The position numbers and the translations under genes were made by a program. A stretch of DNA of 55,113 nucleotides from Anaerolineae bacterium (GTDB taxonomy: Bacteria > Chloroflexota > Anaerolineae > Anaerolineales > UBA11657). This document shows, piece by piece, positions 46,727 to 54,860 of the stretch. Below the pieces are notes generated by a model. It was not told the DNA's origin. It worked only from the letters and a program-made list of their open reading frames with translations, and ran no database searches. The DNA is taken from positions 1 through 55,113 of the forward strand of contig CAUZCX010000002.1 of the NCBI GenBank assembly GCA_963578565.1, written 5' to 3'. The first letter of the stretch is position 1. Each line of letters starts with the position of its first letter.

Positions 46727-48009
46727 AGCGGCTCCAATTCGCGAGGGTCGGCGATGACGCCGGCAATCGCAGTAGCGGCCGCAACCGCCGGGCTAGCGAG
46801 ATAGATCTCGGCTTCCGGTTGTCCCATGCGCCCGCGGAAATTGCGGTTAGCGGTGGAGAGGCAGACTTCTCCCGGCGCGAGTACGCCCATATGATTCCCC
46901 ATGCAGGGGCCGCATCCGGGCGTTCCAATGGTTGCGCCCGATTCGAGTAGCGTGGCAATGTATCCTTCTTCGATGGCTTCCTGTAATACCTGACTGGATG
47001 CCGGGATGACCAACATACGAGTGCCCTTTGCTACCTGTCGCCCCTGCAGCAGCTTTGTTGCCATGGCTATATCTTCCAGACGCCCATTGGTGCAGGTTCC
47101 CAGAAAAACTTGATCTACTGGCCGCCCAGCGACCGATGGGAGCGCTTGTACATTGTCGACGCGGTGCGGGCACGCTATCTGCGGTTCCAGGGCACTGAGA
47201 TCAATCTCCACTGCTCTTGAGTATTTTGCTCCGGGGTCGGGATAGAGCGCAAGCTTGCTGATGTCTGATGGCTGACGGCTGACGGGCGAACTAGCTGCGA
47301 GCCAGTTGAAGACCAGTTCATCCGGCGGAAGATAGGCGTTTTTCGCGCCGATTTCAGCCATCATGTTTGGGATGACCATGCGGCTTTCAATGCTCAGGGT
47401 GGAAATGCCGGATCCGTCAAATTCTATCGAGGCGTATAACCCGCCATCTGCGCCAAGCTGTCCGATGAGGTGCAGGCACAGATCTTTGCTGGTTACACCC
47501 TGCGGTATCCTGCCGGTGAGTGTGACTCGGATACTTTCCGGGACGCGCAGCCATAATTCACCGGTGGCCCATAGTGTGGCTACTTCGCTGCGTCCCACCC
47601 CCGCGCCAAATGCGCCAAGCCATCCAAAGTGCGTGGTATGGCTGTCCGCGCCAAGAATCAGCTGCCCTGGCAGAATCAATGCTTCTTCGCTGAGTACTTG
47701 ATGACAGATGCCGCGTCCGACTTCGAAAAAATTGCGGATACCCTGCCGCGCAACGAAATCGCGGATTTCAGCATGATTGCGGGCGTGCAGCGGGGTAGGG
47801 GGTGGCGCGGCGTGGTCAAGTGTTATCGCCAGTTTTTCAGGGTCCTGCACGTGCTCCAACTCAAACTGCGTGAAGATTGTGGCGATGGCAGCCGTGTTGT
47901 CGTGCGATAGGATGCGATCCGGGCGCGCGTCTACTGTCGCGCCGATGGTGACCTGTGGCAGTCCGGAAGCACGAGCGCAGGCTTTCTGAGCGAAGGTTTG
48001 TGGGGGCAT
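46723..48009 (-). CDS. hacA: Homoaconitase large subunit (short LeuC-like)
   Basis: 428 aa. Aconitase-family cluster ligand motifs [25 protein letters not shown]. Confidence 0.83.
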   Translation of the reverse strand: MPPQTFAQKACARASGLPQVTIGATVDARPDRILSHDNTAAIATIFTQFELEHVQDPEKLAITLDHAAPPPTPLHARNHAEIRDFVARQGIRNFFEVGRGICHQVLSEEALILPGQLILGADSHTTHFGWLGAFGAGVGRSEVATLWATGELWLRVPESIRVTLTGRIPQGVTSKDLCLHLIGQLGADGGLYASIEFDGSGISTLSIESRMVIPNMMAEIGAKNAYLPPDELVFNWLAASSPVSRQPSDISKLALYPDPGAKYSRAVEIDLSALEPQIACPHRVDNVQALPSVAGRPVDQVFLGTCTNGRLEDIAMATKLLQGRQVAKGTRMLVIPASSQVLQEAIEEGYIATLLESGATIGTPGCGPCMGNHMGVLAPGEVCLSTANRNFRGRMGQPEAEIYLASPAVAAATAIAGVIADPRELEPL

Positions 48010-49202
48010 CAGCTAACCTGGACTTCCTCAGCGGCTGTCGAAGGCCGCTCGTCACTGCTGTTGTTTGCTTCCGCCCACTGGTGGAGCAACTCGTCCACGT
48101 CGCTTAGAGTGAGGCGCTTATGGTCCGCCATTGCTTTTATGTGGCGCGTTACGGCCTGTAGGTTTGTGCGGTCGAGTTTAAGCCCTAGCTGTTCGGCACG
48201 ATCCTGCATGGCGTTCCATCCGGTCAATTTGTGCGCTATGGAAATATACCGAGTTAGGCCGAAATCGGCGGGGTCAAGTATCTCATAAGTCTCAGGGTTG
48301 TTCAGAATAGCCTTGGCATGTATGCCGGCTTTGTGTGTGAAAGCGGTGAGGCCCGTGATATAGTGGTTGAACGGTATTTCAATCTCTGCCTTGTCGGCCA
48401 CAAGTTGGTTTAGGTCATGTAGGTGGTGCAGGCGATATTTTGTGCGTACCGTGTCAGGATCGGTTGCGTATAGTCGTGCAATCAGGCCCTCGAGTGGGGT
48501 GATTCCGTTGCGCTCGCCTATGCCGAGTACAGTGGTATCGATATGTGTGGCGCCGGCTTCGAGTGCGGAAAAGCTGTTGGCGATTGCGCAACCGGTGTCG
48601 TTGTGGCCGTGGAATTCGATGTCGGAATCGGTTAGTTGGCGTAGCGTGGTTACAAGGTTGAATACTCCGTTCGGCGTGGCCACACCAACTGTGTCCGCTA
48701 CTCCGAAGCGGTCAACGACTCCTAGGTTTCTTACAGCTTGATACACGCGCAGCAAGTCCTCCTGTGCACTGCGAAAGGAGTCCTCGGTGGAGAAGCGTAG
48801 TTCAATATCAGGTGCTTGGGAGTGGATGAAAGATAGCACATCGGTGGCTAATTCTATTACCTGGTCAATGCTTTTTCCGTGGCTGAAGTCACGCAGGTAT
48901 GAGGAAGTGCCGATGACGACGTCGATTCCGTCCGCGCCGGTATCGAGCGCGATGCGAGCGTCCTCCATATGGCATCGGATATGCGTGAGTACTTTAGTTG
49001 TCAGCCCTAGGGACGAAATGTGGGCACAGTCCGTAAGCGAACTTGGCGACGCGCAAGGCGAGGTTAACTCGATATATTCGACTCCGAAATCGGCAAGTGC
49101 GTGCGCGATTTCCACCTTGTCCTCCGACGTGAAGTCCGCGCCGACGAATTGCTCGCCTTCGCGTAGGGTGCTCTCGATGATGGAAAAGTCATGTAAAGGC
49201 AT
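48009..49202 (-). CDS. Homocitrate synthase
   Basis: [24 protein letters not shown]. The 397-aa length lacks the LeuA C-terminal regulatory domain. Assigned from context. Confidence 0.83.
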   Translation of the reverse strand: MPLHDFSIIESTLREGEQFVGADFTSEDKVEIAHALADFGVEYIELTSPCASPSSLTDCAHISSLGLTTKVLTHIRCHMEDARIALDTGADGIDVVIGTSSYLRDFSHGKSIDQVIELATDVLSFIHSQAPDIELRFSTEDSFRSAQEDLLRVYQAVRNLGVVDRFGVADTVGVATPNGVFNLVTTLRQLTDSDIEFHGHNDTGCAIANSFSALEAGATHIDTTVLGIGERNGITPLEGLIARLYATDPDTVRTKYRLHHLHDLNQLVADKAEIEIPFNHYITGLTAFTHKAGIHAKAILNNPETYEILDPADFGLTRYISIAHKLTGWNAMQDRAEQLGLKLDRTNLQAVTRHIKAMADHKRLTLSDVDELLHQWAEANNSSDERPSTAAEEVQVS

Positions 49203-49244
49203 GTTTGTCTCGTGTGGGATAATCCCTCTTTTCTCAGCTTCCGG

Positions 49245-50420
49245 TCAACTCGCAGTAGTGGTGCCGCGCAGCATGTTTGCTACGGTTGTGCTGACCTGCT
49301 CCCATTCCTCAGTACTGATTACCAAAGGTGGCAGCAGGCGTAGTACGGTTTTTCCAGCAGGGAGAGCAAGCACGCCCTGCTCTTGCAGTGCTCGCAACAG
49401 CGGAGTAACTTTCTGTGTCAGCTCAATACCAATCATTAACCCGAGGCCGCGCACTTCGCTCACACATGGCAGGTCGGCTGCACGCAGGTGGCCAAGAAAA
49501 TGTTCCCCCAGTTGGGCAGCTCGCTCGGGTAGCTTTTCAGCTTCGAGCGCTTCCAGCACTGCTAACGCGACAGCGCAAGCCAGCGGGTTACCACCGAAAG
49601 TCGATCCATGCGCGCCAGAAGGCAATGCGACTACACGAGGTCCTAGCAGTGTAGCGCCCATTGGCAGCCCGCCTGCCAGAGACTTCGCTAGACAAAGAAT
49701 GTCCGGTTCCAAGTCGTAATGCTCGCAGGCGAACATCTTTCCGGTGCGTCCCAGCCCGGTCTGCACCTCGTCCAGAATCAACAGCGCGCCGTGATCGCGG
49801 CAGAGGCGTTGAGCAGCGTGCAGGTAGTCAGGCTCGGCGGGTCGTACACCACCCTCTCCCTGCACCACCTCCAAAATCATGGCTGCCGTACGCTCGCTGA
49901 CTGCTCCACTAAGCGCTTCAATATTGTTATATGGAATGTGCGACACATCTGGCACCAAAGGCTCGAATGGCACACGGTGTTTTTTCTGACCGGTGAGCGT
50001 GAGTGCACCCATGGTACGACCGTGGAAGCTGCGCAGTGTACTTATTACTTCAGTGCGTCCGGTGCTGATGCGCGCGAATTTCAATGCGGCTTCCACTGCC
50101 TCAGCGCCAGAGTTGCACAGGAAGGCGCGCTGCATTTCTCCCGGTGCTATTGAGGTCAGGTGAGCGAGCAAGCGTGCGCGCTGGTCGTTGTGGAAAACTT
50201 CCGGGCAGGTGATTAGGTGTCGCGCCTGTTTTTCTATTGCCTCAACTACTGCCGGATGACAGTGCCCCAGATTGGCAACGCCGTGACCGGCGACGCAGTC
50301 AATGTATTCGCGCCCGTTCGCATCCCACACGCGGGCGCCCATGCCGCGCACGATTGTCAGATCCCGTTTGGGATATACGCCACTGGTGTGTAGAGCTTCG
50401 ATGGCCTGAAAGTCATCCAT
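49245..50420 (-). CDS. lysJ: [LysW]-aminoadipate semialdehyde / acetylornithine aminotransferase LysJ
   Basis: Class III PLP aminotransferase: CNSGAEAVEAALK, LILDEVQTGLGRTGKMFA. Confidence 0.85.
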   Translation of the reverse strand: MDDFQAIEALHTSGVYPKRDLTIVRGMGARVWDANGREYIDCVAGHGVANLGHCHPAVVEAIEKQARHLITCPEVFHNDQRARLLAHLTSIAPGEMQRAFLCNSGAEAVEAALKFARISTGRTEVISTLRSFHGRTMGALTLTGQKKHRVPFEPLVPDVSHIPYNNIEALSGAVSERTAAMILEVVQGEGGVRPAEPDYLHAAQRLCRDHGALLILDEVQTGLGRTGKMFACEHYDLEPDILCLAKSLAGGLPMGATLLGPRVVALPSGAHGSTFGGNPLACAVALAVLEALEAEKLPERAAQLGEHFLGHLRAADLPCVSEVRGLGLMIGIELTQKVTPLLRALQEQGVLALPAGKTVLRLLPPLVISTEEWEQVSTTVANMLRGTTTAS

Positions 50421-51219
50421 TGATAAGCGTTCCTTGCCCGTGCAGTGCTCTCTGGATCGGTTGTGCTACCCGCCCATCGGCAAGAATTACCTGTGAGACG
50501 CCGCCTTGCAGCGCTTCAAGCGCACTGATAAGTTTGCGTTTCATACGCCCTTGCGCTATGGTCTTTATGGCGTTTTCCAGTTGGGCCTCTGGCAAGCGTG
50601 GGATACGGCTGCTTTCATCGGCGACATCGCGCAGCAGCCCCGGCACGTTGCTAAGGATCAGCAGTCGATCAGCTCCTAGGGCGACAGCAATTTGTGCGGC
50701 GGCGCGGTCGCCGTCGACGTTTAACGGCTCCCCTGCTGCCGAGATAGCCACTGGCGCAATTACCGGCGTTAACCCGGAATCCAGAAGTGCGCGCAGTGGG
50801 GTGGGATTTACCTGCTGAATGCGGCCTGTGTAATCATCGCGTAAAATCTTGCGCTTGCCGTTTTCCAAAATGCGCAGCGTGTCTTTGCGCTCCGCCAGCA
50901 GCAATTGACCATCGAGCCCGCTGAGTCCGGCGGCGTTTACACCCAGTGTTTGTAGCTGCGCTACCAGTTGCCTATTGAGAAGCGCAGTTGCCATCAGGAA
51001 AATATCCAGGGTGCGTCGGTCAGTGTATCGGCTGGTGTGCCCGCTGACCGAAGTGACGAAGCGCGGCGGGTAACCGAGCTGTTTACCCAGCTCAGTCGCT
51101 AGCCCCGAACCGCCGTGTACGATGACCAATTGGGTGCCCGCCTGGGCTTGCGCGGCGGTATCTGCCGTGATGTCGTTAGTATCTACGCCGTCCGCGCCGC
51201 CAATTTTAATAACTAGCAT
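50413..51219 (-). CDS. lysZ: [LysW]-aminoadipate kinase LysZ (ArgB family)
   Basis: Start placed at ATG 51219 (MLVIKIGG...), 11 nt after the lysY stop. LVIVHGGSG. Amino-acid kinase fold. Confidence 0.85.
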   Translation of the reverse strand: MLVIKIGGADGVDTNDITADTAAQAQAGTQLVIVHGGSGLATELGKQLGYPPRFVTSVSGHTSRYTDRRTLDIFLMATALLNRQLVAQLQTLGVNAAGLSGLDGQLLLAERKDTLRILENGKRKILRDDYTGRIQQVNPTPLRALLDSGLTPVIAPVAISAAGEPLNVDGDRAAAQIAVALGADRLLILSNVPGLLRDVADESSRIPRLPEAQLENAIKTIAQGRMKRKLISALEALQGGVSQVILADGRVAQPIQRALHGQGTLING

Positions 51220-51229
51220 GTTACGTTTC

Positions 51230-52267
51230 TTAGACTGGATGCAACCCGGTGAATTCGAGTGCAGTTGTCTCTTCAAAACCGCACATCAGATTCAAGCATT
51301 GCACTGCCGTTCCAGCAGCCCCTTTCATCAAATTGTCAATTGCGCATACCGCCACCACGCGCCCGGTTTCGGCGTCTAGGTCAAAACTCACATCGGCGAA
51401 ATTGCTTCCAGCTAGAATTTTCGGCTCCGGTCGGCGGTAATTGCCTTGCTTCTCGCGCACAATGCGCACGAAGGGTTCTTGTTTATAGGTAGCGCGATAC
51501 GCGCGCCAAAGGTCCTTCTCGGTTGTGCCGGGTTGCGTAAAGGCATGCGAGGTTGCAAGTGCCCCACGCACCATCTCGATGGCGGTCAAACTCATGTGTA
51601 TATCCGAAACACCTAATGCCTGTTGCACCTCGGCTGTGTGGCGGTGACCGACTGGCGCATAGCTACGCACGGCGCCTTTGCGCACTGGGTGATGGGTGCT
51701 CGGATTTGCCTGTGCTCCGCCCTCAGATGATCCGGTTTTGACCTCGGCGATGATTGGACGTTCTGGTACTAGTAGATGATGCTGGACGAGCGGCAGCAGT
51801 GCCAGGATGGTAGCAGTGGCGTTGCATCCCACACCGCTGACATGGTGTGTCTCGCGGATGGCTTCCCGGTGGATTTCGGGCAGCCCGTATACAAAACGTG
51901 GCAGCCAGTTCAAGGCGGCGTGCGCCTTGCCGTACCAGTGTTCATAATCTTCCCAGGAGCGCAGCCGGAAATCAGCGGAAAGATCGATGATGCGCGGTGC
52001 GAGCTGTGAATATCGCTCGATTTCGCGCTGGGCTACTCCGTGCGGCTGCGTCAGCACAAGCAAATCAGCATTGGTCAATGTTTCTGGCTCCACAAAGCTT
52101 GGCAGGTCGCTTTCTCGCAGATGGGGGTGTACGCGGCGGATAGGCTGTCCTGCATAGGTGCGTGAAATCGCCTGCCCGATTTCCACCTCGGGGTGGTTGA
52201 CCAGCAAGCGTAGTATTTCGCCACCAGTGTATCCGGAGGCGCCAACGATGGAGACGCGCATGTTCAC
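51230..52267 (-). CDS. lysY: [LysW]-L-2-aminoadipate 6-phosphate reductase LysY (ArgC family)
   Basis: IVGASGYTGGE. Active-site SGVGCNATA. Confidence 0.88.
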   Translation of the reverse strand: MNMRVSIVGASGYTGGEILRLLVNHPEVEIGQAISRTYAGQPIRRVHPHLRESDLPSFVEPETLTNADLLVLTQPHGVAQREIERYSQLAPRIIDLSADFRLRSWEDYEHWYGKAHAALNWLPRFVYGLPEIHREAIRETHHVSGVGCNATATILALLPLVQHHLLVPERPIIAEVKTGSSEGGAQANPSTHHPVRKGAVRSYAPVGHRHTAEVQQALGVSDIHMSLTAIEMVRGALATSHAFTQPGTTEKDLWRAYRATYKQEPFVRIVREKQGNYRRPEPKILAGSNFADVSFDLDAETGRVVAVCAIDNLMKGAAGTAVQCLNLMCGFEETTALEFTGLHPV

Positions 52268-53109
52268 TTGGCCACCTGAAGCGTTTGGTCTATTATCATG
52301 CCGGGCAAGTCAACACCGGTAAGCGGAAAGGTGGAGTGGAATTCCATCGTGTGGTTGATTTCGTTTATCAAAAGCCCGCGATCAGGGTCCTCCAGTAGGT
52401 CAATTGCTAGTACTCCGCCGCCCACGGCCTGTGCGGCGCGTTGGCAGAGATCGTGGAGTTCCGCAGTGACGGCACACTCACTTGCGGTGGCGCCACGGGC
52501 GGTGTTGGTCAGAAAGTGATCGGAGTGGCGGTAAATCGCGACCGGCGTCTCTGTGTCAATCACAAAAGCACGGATGTCACGGCCGGGCTTTTCAATCAAC
52601 TCCTGTATGTAATATAAGTGGTGCTGGAAGCTGCCCAAAACCTCGCGATGCTCGAAGACCGCTTCTGCAGCATCGCGGTCGTTGATGCGGTTAACCAGAC
52701 GTCCCCACGACCCAACTACCGGCTTGACGACGTAGGGGTAGCCAAGTTCCTCCCCGGCGGCAATAGCCGCGTTCGCGGTGAAAGCGAGGTGGGTGCGCGG
52801 CTGCGGAAGCCCGGCTTGGGCAAGGGTGATGGTTGTAGCCACTTTGTCGGTGCAAACCGCTGCCACTGCGTGCGAGTTGATTGTGGGCACGTCAACGCTG
52901 TTGAGCGCCTGCGCGGCGTACAGTCCGCGACTGGTGCTCAAGCTGCGAATGATAACAGCGTTATAACGCTGCCAGTCATCCGCTGTGGTCAGGTCGAAAG
53001 TGACTTCGCGGTCTTGGAGCCGGTCGTAGGCTACGTTGCGCTCCTCGAGGGCCGCGAACAGCCATTTTTCCTCGACGCGGAGGCGAGAGTAGAGAACGCC
53101 GATGCGCAT
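52264..53109 (-). CDS. lysX: Alpha-aminoadipate--LysW ligase LysX (RimK-type ATP-grasp)
   Basis: 281-aa ATP-grasp protein. Immediately downstream of lysW. ATGA-type overlap with lysY. Confidence 0.88.
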   Translation of the reverse strand: MRIGVLYSRLRVEEKWLFAALEERNVAYDRLQDREVTFDLTTADDWQRYNAVIIRSLSTSRGLYAAQALNSVDVPTINSHAVAAVCTDKVATTITLAQAGLPQPRTHLAFTANAAIAAGEELGYPYVVKPVVGSWGRLVNRINDRDAAEAVFEHREVLGSFQHHLYYIQELIEKPGRDIRAFVIDTETPVAIYRHSDHFLTNTARGATASECAVTAELHDLCQRAAQAVGGGVLAIDLLEDPDRGLLINEINHTMEFHSTFPLTGVDLPGMIIDQTLQVAK

Positions 53110-53121
53110 GATGGTTATCTG

Positions 53122-53180
53122 AAGCGCAAAGCGTAAAACGTGACGTGCAAAGGATTTGTCATCTTTTACGCTTTGCGCTT
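53122..53180 (-). repeat. Perfect 17-bp inverted repeat (AAGCGCAAAGCGTAAAA / TTTTACGCTTTGCGCTT) with a 25-nt loop between lysW and lysX
   Basis: Arms at 53122-53138 and 53164-53180, read directly. The promoter-proximal arm overlaps the lysW stop codon. The distal arm ends 12 nt before the lysX ATG. No U-tract follows. Confidence 0.6.
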
Positions 53181-53364
53181 ATTCTCCCCAGTCCTCGGCT
53201 TCTTCCGGGGCCAGCATGATGGTAAGCGGCTGCAGTGAACGTACTTCCAGCTCGGCGCCGCAATCATCGCAGGCCAGTATCTCACCCAGCTCGACCTGAT
53301 TAAGGTCGAGAGCCCCCACGCATTCTGGGCACTCTGCGGTGGTGGTGATGGTGTTGGGTGTCAT
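53179..53364 (-). CDS. lysW: Amino-group carrier protein LysW
   Basis: 61 aa. Zinc-ribbon CPEC...CDDC. Acidic C-terminus ending EDWGE. AGGAGG SD 10 nt upstream. Confidence 0.9.
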   Translation of the reverse strand: MTPNTITTTAECPECVGALDLNQVELGEILACDDCGAELEVRSLQPLTIMLAPEEAEDWGE

Positions 53365-53390
53365 CGTATTATATCCTCCTGTGACATAGA

Positions 53391-53420
53391 ATCAAAAAAC
53401 CCCGTGCTTGGCGGGGTTGT
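53391..53420 (-). terminator. Intrinsic terminator in the lysW 5' leader (AACCCCG-CCAAGCA-CGGGGUU followed by UUUU)
   Basis: 7-bp GC-rich stem (+ coordinates 53412-53418 / 53398-53404), 7-nt loop, run of six U on the - strand. Lies between the leader ORF and the lysW SD. Confidence 0.6.
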
Positions 53421-53455
53421 TATCTGCATATGGTGCCGGTGAGGAGCTTCTGCTG

Positions 53456-53557
53456 TTACACCGCTGCGCCCAAACACAAATTAACCAACCCCGCACGGGT
53501 GGGCTTGGTCTTCTTATCCTTGTTCGTTTTGGCGGTAAACAGCACTTTCATCGGCAT
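53456..53557 (-). CDS. Candidate lysine-rich leader peptide, 33 aa (MPMKVLFTAKTNKDKKTKPTRAGLVNLCLGAAV)
   Basis: ATG 53557 with GGAGA 5 nt upstream; TAA stop at 53456-53458. Six Lys codons, five of them within codons 10-18. The ORF overlaps RNA segments complementary to the terminator arm. Confidence 0.5.
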   Translation of the reverse strand: MPMKVLFTAKTNKDKKTKPTRAGLVNLCLGAAV

Positions 53558-53578
53558 GACTATCTCCAATTGCTGTAT

Positions 53579-53607
53579 AGTTTACCACATGATTAATATT
53601 CGTGCAA
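53579..53607 (-). promoter_or_regulatory. Promoter candidate for the lys leader/operon (TTGCAC - 17 bp - TGgTAAACT)
   Basis: Hexamers, 17-bp spacer and extended -10 TG read directly on the - strand. The -10 box lies about 20 nt upstream of the leader ATG. Confidence 0.35.
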
Positions 53608-53640
53608 ACTCTGCTTGCACCTGGCAGCCTGCTCAGTGAA

Positions 53641-53669
53641 TTGACGGTTAGTACCGCTTTTGGTAATAT
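53641..53669 (+). promoter_or_regulatory. Promoter candidate (TTGACG - 17 bp - TGgTAATAT) for the + strand MarR-like/Ddn-like genes
   Basis: Read directly. The -10 box lies 27 nt upstream of GTG 53697. Divergent from the lys promoter. Confidence 0.4.
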
Positions 53670-53696
53670 TAAGTTAGCTTAACTAATCGGTCTGAA

Positions 53697-53968
53697 GTGA
53701 TGACTTCCAACGTGGAATTCTCCCAGGTGTTGCGCGATTGGGGGCGTGAAATGATGTATCACTCTCGGCGTGATTTTATGCGAATCATGCGGGAAAGCGG
53801 ACTGAGCATGACGCAGGTGCAGCGAGTAGCGTACTTGCGGCAGCAATGGTTGGAAGAGCTAATTCCACACTCTCCGAAGCACAGCGTGTACAAATCAGGG
53901 ATGCACTCGTCCTGCTAACCGAAGCGGCAAGCGAACTGGAAGCATTTCATCCTGGGGATGGAAAATGA
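53697..53968 (+). pseudogene. MarR-family regulator remnant (internal deletion of the wHTH plus a frameshift)
   Basis: N-terminal ...DFMRIMRESGLSMTQVQ jumps straight to ...QQWLEELIP. After a frame change near 53866-53870 the reading continues TLSEAQRVQIRDALVLLTEAASELE and ends at a TGA overlapping the next ATG. The total of about 90 codons is too short for MarR. Confidence 0.45.
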
Positions 53969-54411
53969 ATTCGCCTAGAACTGGTGGCAGCACCGCAGGG
54001 TTAAGTAGGGTGCTGATTCGTGCGTTCATGCGGATGCATACGTGGGTCTACCGGCGTACCGGTGGACGGCAGATGGGATGGGTACAGGGAACGCGCGTGC
54101 TGCTTCTCAGCACCACTGGACGCAAGAGTGGGCGCTTGCACACTGTGCCGCTAGGCTCCGTCAATTATGATGATAACCACGTGGTGGTGGCCTCTAACGG
54201 TGGAAAGCACTGGCACCCTGCCTGGTGGCTTAACTTGCAGAGCAACCCGGAGGCGCTCATAGAGGTAGGAAGCCGACAAATTCCTGTGGTTGCGGAGCGG
54301 GCGCAGGGCGAGGAGTGCGCTCAGCTTGAACCGCGTTTCCCCTGGCTCCAGCGTTATCAGGAGCGCACGCAGCGCGAAATCCCGATTGTGATTCTCCATA
54401 AGGTGGCATAA
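53965..54411 (+). CDS. Deazaflavin (F420)-dependent nitroreductase-family protein (DUF385/Ddn-like)
   Basis: LLLSTTGRKSGRLHTVPL, VVVASNGGKHWHPAWWLNLQSNPEALIEVG, REIPIVIL. Confidence 0.72.
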   Translation: MNSPRTGGSTAGLSRVLIRAFMRMHTWVYRRTGGRQMGWVQGTRVLLLSTTGRKSGRLHTVPLGSVNYDDNHVVVASNGGKHWHPAWWLNLQSNPEALIEVGSRQIPVVAERAQGEECAQLEPRFPWLQRYQERTQREIPIVILHKVA

Positions 54412-54429
54412 AGAGAAACAAACACGCCT

Positions 54430-54860
54430 GCAATTGAAGTCGACAAACTGGTGCGTAAATTCGGCGACCTAACCGCTGTGGATGGTGTGATATTTCAGGT
54501 GGATCCTGGCGAGGTTTTCGGGTTTCTGGGGCCGAATGGTGCCGGTAAAACTACCACAATCGGTAAGGCTCTGCACGCTGTTGCGACTGACATCTGGCTG
54601 GGCGCTGGTCAATGGTTTTGATGTGCGTACTCGGCAGGCGCAGGTGCGCCAGTCCATCGGACTGATTTCTCGAGATCCAAGCTTGGACGACAAACTTACA
54701 GTGCGAGAGAACCTGAAGTTCCACGCCATGTTGTACGATGTGCCCACTGACGTGCTAGTGAAAAGATCTGAGCAGTTGCTGGAAATGGTAGACCTTAGCG
54801 AACGTGCGGATGAGGTCACGCTGCATTATTCTGGCGGCAGTGTGGCTCTTCGGCCGGCAG
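54430..54860 (+). pseudogene. ABC transporter ATP-binding protein remnant (no start codon, +1 frameshift, 3'-truncated)
   Basis: [44 protein letters not shown] in one frame, then after an extra nucleotide near 54562 [20 protein letters not shown]...LTVRENL...YSGG in the next. No ATG/GTG/TTG lies between the upstream stop and the conserved N-terminus. Similarity is lost after the signature-motif SGG. Confidence 0.65.

Noticed and set aside
48787-49719. 310-aa + strand ORF opposite homocitrate synthase and lysJ
   Set aside because: It spans two well-supported - strand genes and their spacer. The product is Ser/Arg/Pro-rich with no motifs. This is a typical antisense open frame in GC-rich DNA.
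53365-53640. Lysine (L-box) riboswitch upstream of lysW
   Set aside because: The leader of about 190 nt is too short for the five-helix L-box architecture, and I could not trace that architecture. The Lys-rich ORF plus alternative hairpins gives a complete explanation.
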